A stretch of 32,000 nt of DNA from Bordetella parapertussis (GTDB taxonomy: Bacteria > Pseudomonadota > Gammaproteobacteria > Burkholderiales > SG8-41), in the NCBI GenBank assembly GCA_945901405.1, contig CAMDLH010000034.1:1-32000 (forward strand). Reading direction: 5' to 3'. The stretch's first letter is position 1. Each line of letters opens with the position of its first letter. Below are positions 26,202-32,000 of the stretch, piece after piece. Under the pieces are notes generated by a model. The model ran no database searches and was not told the DNA's origin. It saw only the letters and a list, made by a program, of their open reading frames with translations. The translations under genes were made by a program, and so were the position numbers.

Positions 26202-26867
26202 TTGCACCGCTATTTCTGTTTGAACTCAAACGCACGATGGCCCTGGATCGTGCGCGCCATCGCACCGCTGCCGGCACGGAGAATTGCCTGCATTGCGGCC
26301 ATGGTGTTTACTCAATCCGCGCTGATGGGATCCCCGGGCGGATACGTTCACGCCGCCGAGATTGCGGGGGTTCGCGTCGCTCCGGATGCCCGCGTCGCGG
26401 ACGTCGATCTCGTGCTCAATGGCGCTGGTCTGAGGCGTCTTTTCAGGGCTAACGTTTACGTCATCGGATTGTATTTTCCACAGCGTACGAACTCCGCGGA
26501 GTCTGCGTTCAATGGCGCCGGGCCAAAACGAATCGCGCTCACCTTCATGCGCGAAGTCACCGCGCAATCGCTTGTCGACGCGCTGTTTGAAGGCGTGCGC
26601 GATAACTCAAGCGAAGCGGAATTTGCAAAATTGAAAGCTTCCGCCGATACGCTGTCGGCGATCATGCTGCCGCTCAAAGTCGCAAAAAAAGGCGATATCG
26701 TCGCGCTCGATTACCTGCCGAACACGGGCGCGCAGGTAGTCATGAACGGGCGCGTAATAGGAAAGCCTGTTCCCGGCCATGATCTGTATCGTGCCTTGCT
26801 CAGAATCTGGTTGGGAGATTCTCCTGTCGATGCCAATCTGAAGCGCGAGTTATTGGGACAAGGGTAG
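26202..26867 (+). CDS. Chalcone-isomerase-like family protein (periplasmic, putative lipid/fatty-acid binding)
   Basis: LVLNGAGLRRLFRANVYVIGLYFP is typical of the bacterial Chalcone_3-type family. It lies 12 nt after ugd. The start is uncertain (TTG 26202, or the internal GTG giving MRAIAPLPARRIACIAAMVF..HA as a signal peptide). Confidence 0.65.
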   Translation: MHRYFCLNSNARWPWIVRAIAPLPARRIACIAAMVFTQSALMGSPGGYVHAAEIAGVRVAPDARVADVDLVLNGAGLRRLFRANVYVIGLYFPQRTNSAESAFNGAGPKRIALTFMREVTAQSLVDALFEGVRDNSSEAEFAKLKASADTLSAIMLPLKVAKKGDIVALDYLPNTGAQVVMNGRVIGKPVPGHDLYRALLRIWLGDSPVDANLKRELLGQG

Positions 26868-26879
26868 CCCGGTTTCAGG

Positions 26880-26913
26880 GCTTCATGAATCCGTAATCCA
26901 GCGCTTGCATAAT
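26880..26913 (+). promoter_or_regulatory. Pho-box-like promoter of the secreted metallophosphoesterase
   Basis: GCTTCATGAATCCGTAAT matches 12/18, followed by a 10-bp spacer and CATAAT (5/6 to TATAAT). Confidence 0.45.
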
Positions 26914-26934
26914 GTATCGGTGAACTATAATTTT

Positions 26935-27906
26935 ATGTTTAAAAACAATTACTTACGATTAGCGGGCATGGCGGTGGCCATTGCATTGGCGGCCCCGCAG
27001 GTTTCAGCCCCGGCGGCGGCGGAACGCTTCAGTTTCGCCGCCATAGGAGACATGCCCTACGCGCTACCCGGCGATTTTGAGCGCTTTGCCCGGCTCATCG
27101 AGCGTATTAACACCGCACACCCCGCCTTCACCATTCACGTCGGGGATTTCAAACCCGGAAACTCGCGCTGTGGCGATGAACACTTCGCAAAAATTTCGGA
27201 TATGTTCGAGACATTTGACGCGCCGCTCATTTACACACCTGGAGACAACGAGTGGACTGATTGTCATCGAGCCGACAATGGCGGGTTTGATCCCCTCGAA
27301 CGGCTCGGCAAGGTGCGCGAGCAGTTTTTTCCCAATCCGGCGCAAAGCCTCGGCCGCGACAAAATCGCGCTCGAGCATCAAGGCACTGATACGCGTTACT
27401 CCGCCTATATCGAAAACCGCCGCTGGGAACGCGCGGGCGTGTTGTTCGCCACCCTGCATATCGTCGGCAGCAATAACAACTTGCAAAGAGACCATGTGGC
27501 GGTCAATGAGTACATCGCGCGCAATGTCGCCAATCTGGCGTGGATGCAGGCAACGTTTGAAAGCGCCCGCAAGCGCAACGCGAAAGCCGTAGTGCTGGCG
27601 TTTCAGGCAGATCTGCGCTGGGAGTTAAATGCCAGCGAACAACAACGCGCGGGCTTTACCGACACGTTGACCGCTTTGCGGCGACATGCGCGCGCGTTCG
27701 GCAAACCGGTGTTGGTTGTGCATGGCGACCGGCACCGCTTTGTCGTCGATAAGCCGCTCTACGAGAACCGTCAACTGATTTACAACGTGACACGATTGAT
27801 GGTTTTCGGCGCAACTGAAGTTCAGGGGGTCATGGTACATGTGGACACCGAAGACCCCGATGTGTTCAGCTTTCGCCCGCTGACGGCTCCGGAAAACATT
27901 CGGTAG
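26935..27906 (+). CDS. Secreted calcineurin-like metallophosphoesterase
   Basis: 323 aa counted from ATG 26935, with signal peptide MFKNNYLRLAGMAVAIALAAPQVSAPAAA. Has the motifs IGDMPY, HVGDF, PGDNEW and VHGDRH. Confidence 0.8.
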   Translation: MFKNNYLRLAGMAVAIALAAPQVSAPAAAERFSFAAIGDMPYALPGDFERFARLIERINTAHPAFTIHVGDFKPGNSRCGDEHFAKISDMFETFDAPLIYTPGDNEWTDCHRADNGGFDPLERLGKVREQFFPNPAQSLGRDKIALEHQGTDTRYSAYIENRRWERAGVLFATLHIVGSNNNLQRDHVAVNEYIARNVANLAWMQATFESARKRNAKAVVLAFQADLRWELNASEQQRAGFTDTLTALRRHARAFGKPVLVVHGDRHRFVVDKPLYENRQLIYNVTRLMVFGATEVQGVMVHVDTEDPDVFSFRPLTAPENIR

Positions 27907-28038
27907 GAAATTGGCCGCGCTTGCCCGCGCATAGCCAGATTCGGCTCATTTCGGTTCATGCCATGCCACTTGTCTGGCGGTGCGTCACGGCTAAAAATAG
28001 TACATAAAAACAAATACTTAGATTCATCCGCGAGTGCG

Positions 28039-29889
28039 TTAACTACCTATCACACCGCCATCGTTCTTGCGTATGACCAACGTCGCCGAACGCGGCCGTC
28101 CGCCCGATGCGCCATCGGGCCACGAACTCACTGCCTTGGGCGCTTTCGGATTGCTGCGTTCGCTCGCGGTTTCGCCAGGATGCTGAATGTTGACGAACAT
28201 GGTGCGGCCGTCGGGCGTGGTGATGACACCCGTCACCTCGCAGCCGGCGGGGCCGGTGAGAAAGCGCCTGATCTCGCCGGTGCGTATATCCGCTGCCAGC
28301 ATCTGATTGTTGCCCATGCGCTCGTAATCGCCTTTGTGCATGGCGCTGGTCGAGACGTCGGTTTGTATCCATAAAATACCCCCGTCATCAAACCATAATC
28401 CATCCGGACTGCCGAACGCGTCACCATTGATATTGCCGCGCTTGGCCGGATCAGAATGTCGCGGATCGCCCGCCAGCACGAAAATGTCCCAATTGAATTT
28501 CAGCGCAGCCGGATCGTTGCCCAGCTCACGCCAACGGATAATGTGTCCGAAGGTATTGTTGGAACGCGGATTGGCCGCATTCAAGCCGGGAACTTGCGGC
28601 GTGCCTCGGCACGCGTTGTTGGTGAGCGTGCAATACACCTCGTTGGTGCCGGGGTGAACCGCGATCCACTCGGGGCGGTCCATTTTGGTGGCGCCGACGG
28701 CATCCGCCGCCGCGCGCGTGCGCACCAGCACGTCGGCCTGATCCCTGAAACCGCCCGCTGGAGTCAGCTTGTTCTTGCCGAACGTGAGTTCGACCCACTC
28801 GCCGCCGCCGTCTTCGTGAAACTTCGCGACGTAAAGCGTGCCATGATCGAGCAGATTGCGATTGGCATTGCGGTCGTTCGGGTTCCACGCATCGCGCGAC
28901 ACGAACTTGTAGATGTACTCGAACTGACGGTCATCCCCCATGTACAACGTGACACGGCCATCGCGCCCCACCGCCGGCCATGCGCCTTCGTGACTAAAGC
29001 GCCCTAGCGTCGTGCGCTTGACCGGCGTGGATCGCGGATCGTACGGATCGACCTCGACCACCCAGCCGAAGCGGTTGGGCTCGTTGGGATGTTTGCCCGC
29101 ATCGAAACGCTCGTCGAATTCATGCCAACGATAACCGCGGCCTTTTTCCCGCACGCCGTTGCGCCGCTGGTCCTCGGTGATTGCGCCGGAATTGACGAAA
29201 TAACCGTCCCAGTTTTCCTCGCATGTGAGATAAGTGCCCCAAGGCGTATACCCGTGCGCGCAATTGTTGATGGTGCCCAAACACTCGGCGCCGGTTGCAT
29301 CCGCGGCCGTGCGCAAGTACGGCGATCGCGCCGCCGGCCCGGAAAGCGTCATTGGCGTGGCCGCCGTGATACGCCGCGCGAAACGTGACGGACGCACCAC
29401 TTCCCAGCGCCCGTCCCGCGCGCGCACTTCCACTACGGACATGCCATGCGCGTTTTGCGATTTGCGGACTTTCGCCGCACTCCAGTTGGCAAACGCGTCC
29501 GTATGCAACAGGCCGTCGTCGGTATACTCGTGATTGATCGCAAGCAATGCGCTGCTACTACTGGCGCTTCCAAGGGGCAGCGGGAAGTAATGCACGCTGT
29601 CGTGATGCATGCCGGCTTGCAACGCCTGATCCTCGGCGCTGTTACTCGCATCCTGCCGAAACGCCGGCGACCCGGACGCGTGCCCGATCGGATCGCCCCA
29701 CGCGAGCAACACCCTCGCGTTGTAACCCTCGGGCACCCGCACCATGTCCGCGGCGGACCCGGCGACGCTCTTGAATCCCAACGTGCCTTCGCGCTTTAAT
29801 CCGCCGCTCGCGCAACCCGCCAACGACAGCGGCAATGCGCCGGCGGCCGCGAACGAGGCGGCGCCTTTGAGCAGTTCGCGGCGCGACAA
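28039..29889 (-). CDS. phoX: Tat-secreted alkaline phosphatase PhoX
   Basis: 616 aa. Has the twin-arginine signal SRRELLKGAASFAAAGA and the PhoX motif NNCAHGYTPWGTYLTCEEN. The apparent start is TTG (no in-frame ATG upstream). Confidence 0.9.
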   Translation of the reverse strand: MSRRELLKGAASFAAAGALPLSLAGCASGGLKREGTLGFKSVAGSAADMVRVPEGYNARVLLAWGDPIGHASGSPAFRQDASNSAEDQALQAGMHHDSVHYFPLPLGSASSSSALLAINHEYTDDGLLHTDAFANWSAAKVRKSQNAHGMSVVEVRARDGRWEVVRPSRFARRITAATPMTLSGPAARSPYLRTAADATGAECLGTINNCAHGYTPWGTYLTCEENWDGYFVNSGAITEDQRRNGVREKGRGYRWHEFDERFDAGKHPNEPNRFGWVVEVDPYDPRSTPVKRTTLGRFSHEGAWPAVGRDGRVTLYMGDDRQFEYIYKFVSRDAWNPNDRNANRNLLDHGTLYVAKFHEDGGGEWVELTFGKNKLTPAGGFRDQADVLVRTRAAADAVGATKMDRPEWIAVHPGTNEVYCTLTNNACRGTPQVPGLNAANPRSNNTFGHIIRWRELGNDPAALKFNWDIFVLAGDPRHSDPAKRGNINGDAFGSPDGLWFDDGGILWIQTDVSTSAMHKGDYERMGNNQMLAADIRTGEIRRFLTGPAGCEVTGVITTPDGRTMFVNIQHPGETASERSNPKAPKAVSSWPDGASGGRPRSATLVIRKNDGGVIGS

Positions 29890-29997
29890 GCGCGCATGAA
29901 GGATATCGTCAAACGATTAATTCGCGGATGTATTGATGGTTTTGCCATCGCTGTAACTGTGACTCATGTGGTTTGGACTCGCGCTCTAAAAGCGGGA

Positions 29998-30031
29998 ATG
30001 CTGACGCGCCCAGGTTACGGGTGTGTGACAG
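29998..30031 (-). promoter_or_regulatory. Pho-box-like promoter of phoX
   Basis: Minus strand reads CTGTCACACACCCGTAAC (13/18), followed by a 10-bp spacer and CAGCAT. It lies about 110 nt upstream of the start. Confidence 0.4.
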
Positions 30032-30110
30032 ACCGCAAGCAGAATTTCGGGCGATTGCCACCGCGAAACCATGAGCCAGTTGCCCTCACCGCCGCGGGAA
30101 TGAAACAAAA

Positions 30111-30155
30111 GCGTCACGTCACCGACATCGACCGGTAACACATCGTCAATACCAT
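30111..30155 (+). promoter_or_regulatory. Phased Pho-box-like heptamers upstream of the second phnC-like gene
   Basis: GCGTCAC-gtca-CCGACAT-cgac-CGGTAAC has 11-bp phasing. A 10-bp spacer and TACCAT follow. The RBS GAGAGGAG lies downstream. Confidence 0.35.
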
Positions 30156-30185
30156 GCGCTCATCACTTAACGAGAGGAGTTGCCC

Positions 30186-31016
30186 GTGCTCGAGATACGC
30201 GCCATCAGAAAGTCATTTGGAAAAGTGGATGCCCTACGCACCGTCACGCTCAACATTCCGGCGGGCCAGATGGTCGGCGTCATCGGACGTTCCGGCGCCG
30301 GCAAATCCACGCTCTTGCGCCTGATTAATCGGCTGGCGGAGCCGAGCTCGGGCCAGATTGCGTGGCAGGGTGAAGCGGTCAGCGAACTGCGCGGCCGCGC
30401 ACTGCTGCGCTGGCGCTCGCGCTGCGCGATGATCTTCCAGCAATTTAACCTTGTGCCGCGCCTGGACGTGATCACCAATGTACTTCTGGGCCGCGTGTCG
30501 CGCCACGCCACGTTGCCTTCGCTGTTCAAGCGATTTAGTGAAGCCGAGCGCGCGATAGCCTTACTGGCGCTCGAGCGCCTCGACTGCGCCCAGCTCGCCC
30601 TGCAGCGCGCCGAAACCCTGTCCGGCGGACAGCAACAGCGGGTCGCCATTGCCCGTGCGCTGATGCAGGAACCCGACATCGTCCTGGCCGACGAACCGAT
30701 TGCTTCGCTCGATCCGCGCAGCGCGATTCAGGTGATGCAGGCGCTGCGTGCGATCAACCGCGAAGACGGCATCACGGTGATCTGCAATCTGCACACCCTG
30801 GACACCGCGCGCCAGTACTGCGACCGGATCGTCGGCATCGCCGCCGGCGAAATCCTGTTTGATGGCCTGCCGGGCGAACTCACGCTGAATGTGGTGCGTC
30901 GCATTTACGGCGTTGAGGGTGACGGTTCGGGCTTCGACGAATCGGCCACCTCCACCGCCGCCGGCCTGGAGCACACCCCATCGCGTGAACCGAGCCGCGA
31001 AGCGATCGCGGCCTGA
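30186..31016 (+). CDS. Phosphonate/phosphite-type ABC transporter ATP-binding protein (PhnC family, second copy)
   Basis: 276 aa counted from GTG 30186, 7 nt after GAGAGGAG. The ORF-track TTG at 30180 abuts the SD. Has Walker [17 protein letters not shown] and LSGGQQQR. Confidence 0.85.
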   Translation: MLEIRAIRKSFGKVDALRTVTLNIPAGQMVGVIGRSGAGKSTLLRLINRLAEPSSGQIAWQGEAVSELRGRALLRWRSRCAMIFQQFNLVPRLDVITNVLLGRVSRHATLPSLFKRFSEAERAIALLALERLDCAQLALQRAETLSGGQQQRVAIARALMQEPDIVLADEPIASLDPRSAIQVMQALRAINREDGITVICNLHTLDTARQYCDRIVGIAAGEILFDGLPGELTLNVVRRIYGVEGDGSGFDESATSTAAGLEHTPSREPSREAIAA

Positions 31017-31050
31017 CCGATTGCATTCCCCACCAAAAGGAGTTTTTCGT

Positions 31051-31968
31051 ATGAACGCACGAAACCGCTTTCTCGCCGCGGGAGCGTTGGGTCTGGCCCT
31101 CGCTTCGGCCGCCATGCCGAGTCACGCACAGGACTGGAGGAAAAAAATCCCCGTCGTCGGCTTCAGTTCGGTTAGCGCCGAGAACCAGTCCGCGACGCAG
31201 GCGCGCTTCAAGGAACTGGCCGACGTATTCAAGCAGAAAGTCGGCGCCGAGATGCGCATTTACACGGCCACCGACTACTCGGGCACGGTGCAGGCTTTGA
31301 CCTCGGGCCAGATCCACATGGGTCAGATGGGCGCCAGCGCGTACTCGGCCGCCTGGATAGACTCCAACGGCGGCGTGGAGCCTCTGGTGGCCAACCAGGA
31401 GCTCGATGGGGCGCTGGGCTATCACTCGATCCTGATCGTCAAGAGCGACAGCCCTTACAAGAAGCTCGAAGACCTGAAGGGCAAGAGCATGGCTTGGGCC
31501 GATCCGAACTCCACCTCGGGTTATCTGATCCCGCTGGTTTCGCTGCGCGGCGCCGGCATCGAACCCGACAAGCACTTCGGCAAGACGCTGTTCTCCGGGG
31601 GGCACGAGCAGAGCGTGCTGGGCGTGATCGGCGGGCAGTTTGACTCTGGCTTCACCTGGTCGTCAAAAGGCCACAATGCCGGCCAGATACGTGCGATGGT
31701 GGATCGCGGCGTGCTGAAGATGGACCAGTTCCGCGTGATATGGGAATCGCCGCTGATCCCCAACCCGGTGGTGGTGATCCGCAAGGACATGCCGGAGGAC
31801 ATGAAACGCGATCTTCGCGCCTTCTGGACCGAACTGGCAAAGACACACCCGCAGATCGCCGAAGCCGCCGCACGCGGCAAGACTTCGGGGTTCGTGCCGG
31901 TAACGCACGAAATGTACAAACCGGTGCTGGACGCCGCCCTCGAAGTGCGCAAGACGCGCAAGCGCTGA
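31051..31968 (+). CDS. Phosphonate/phosphite-type ABC transporter substrate-binding protein (PhnD family, second copy)
   Basis: 305 aa counted from ATG 31051, with AAAGGAG upstream and signal peptide MNARNRFLAAGALGLALASAAMPSHA. Contains DPNSTSGYLIP, the PhnD-family motif. Confidence 0.8.
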   Translation: MNARNRFLAAGALGLALASAAMPSHAQDWRKKIPVVGFSSVSAENQSATQARFKELADVFKQKVGAEMRIYTATDYSGTVQALTSGQIHMGQMGASAYSAAWIDSNGGVEPLVANQELDGALGYHSILIVKSDSPYKKLEDLKGKSMAWADPNSTSGYLIPLVSLRGAGIEPDKHFGKTLFSGGHEQSVLGVIGGQFDSGFTWSSKGHNAGQIRAMVDRGVLKMDQFRVIWESPLIPNPVVVIRKDMPEDMKRDLRAFWTELAKTHPQIAEAAARGKTSGFVPVTHEMYKPVLDAALEVRKTRKR

Positions 31969-31971
31969 ACC

Positions 31972-32000
31972 ATGCTAATACGCGTAGTCGCCGGTATCGC
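31972..32000 (+). CDS. Start of the next gene (probably the cognate permease), truncated by the window end
   Basis: ATG lies 3 nt after the phnD-like stop and reads MLIRVVAGI... Only 9 codons are visible. Confidence 0.3.

Noticed and set aside
1-32000. Searched for transposases, integrases, phage genes, toxin-antitoxin pairs, defence systems, rRNA/tRNA and CRISPR arrays
   Set aside because: None of the ORFs or repeats supports any of these. The window appears to be core or accessory metabolic chromosome rather than a mobile island.

Overview
This is a GC-rich (roughly 60%+) proteobacterial chromosomal window with no mobile elements, RNA genes or CRISPR arrays. Almost every transcription unit is a phosphate-scavenging or phosphorus-sparing function, so it reads as one large Pho-regulon supercluster.

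Gene content, left to right:
- A secreted PhoX/DUF839-like protein interrupted by a single in-frame TAG.
- A translationally coupled btaA-btaB-plcP-like operon for betaine-lipid DGTS synthesis and phospholipid head-group removal.
- A complete C-P lyase core, phnGHIJKLM, on the minus strand, with no phnF or phnP.
- A divergent DUF1045 (2H phosphoesterase)-phnN pair.
- A phnCDE transporter operon extended by a Phn-associated HD-domain protein and a PhnO-like GNAT.
- A 1175-aa RTX/T1SS-type secreted protein (beta-propeller, cadherin-like modules, two lamin-tail domains).
- A block of lipid or unknown-function genes: GT4 glycosyltransferase, a 4-TM membrane protein, a membrane-anchored HemL-like class-III aminotransferase, psd, ugd and a chalcone-isomerase-like protein.
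- A secreted metallophosphoesterase, a Tat-dependent PhoX, and a second phosphonate/phosphite-type ABC transporter that runs off the window.

Reading the intergenic regions by eye, I find a recurring promoter architecture: an 18-bp Pho-box-like direct repeat, a 10-bp spacer, then a -10 hexamer. It occurs in front of at least ten of these units.

The most interesting candidates are:
- The Pho-box-flanked block at 19952-26867, centred on the membrane-anchored aminotransferase, as a possible undescribed P-starvation lipid or cell-surface remodelling module.
- The giant RTX protein as a possible secreted P-scavenging factor.
- An unannotated acidic 50-aa sORF with hairpins and a T-tract between a Pho-box promoter and phnC.

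All family assignments come from motif recognition by eye. No database search was run.
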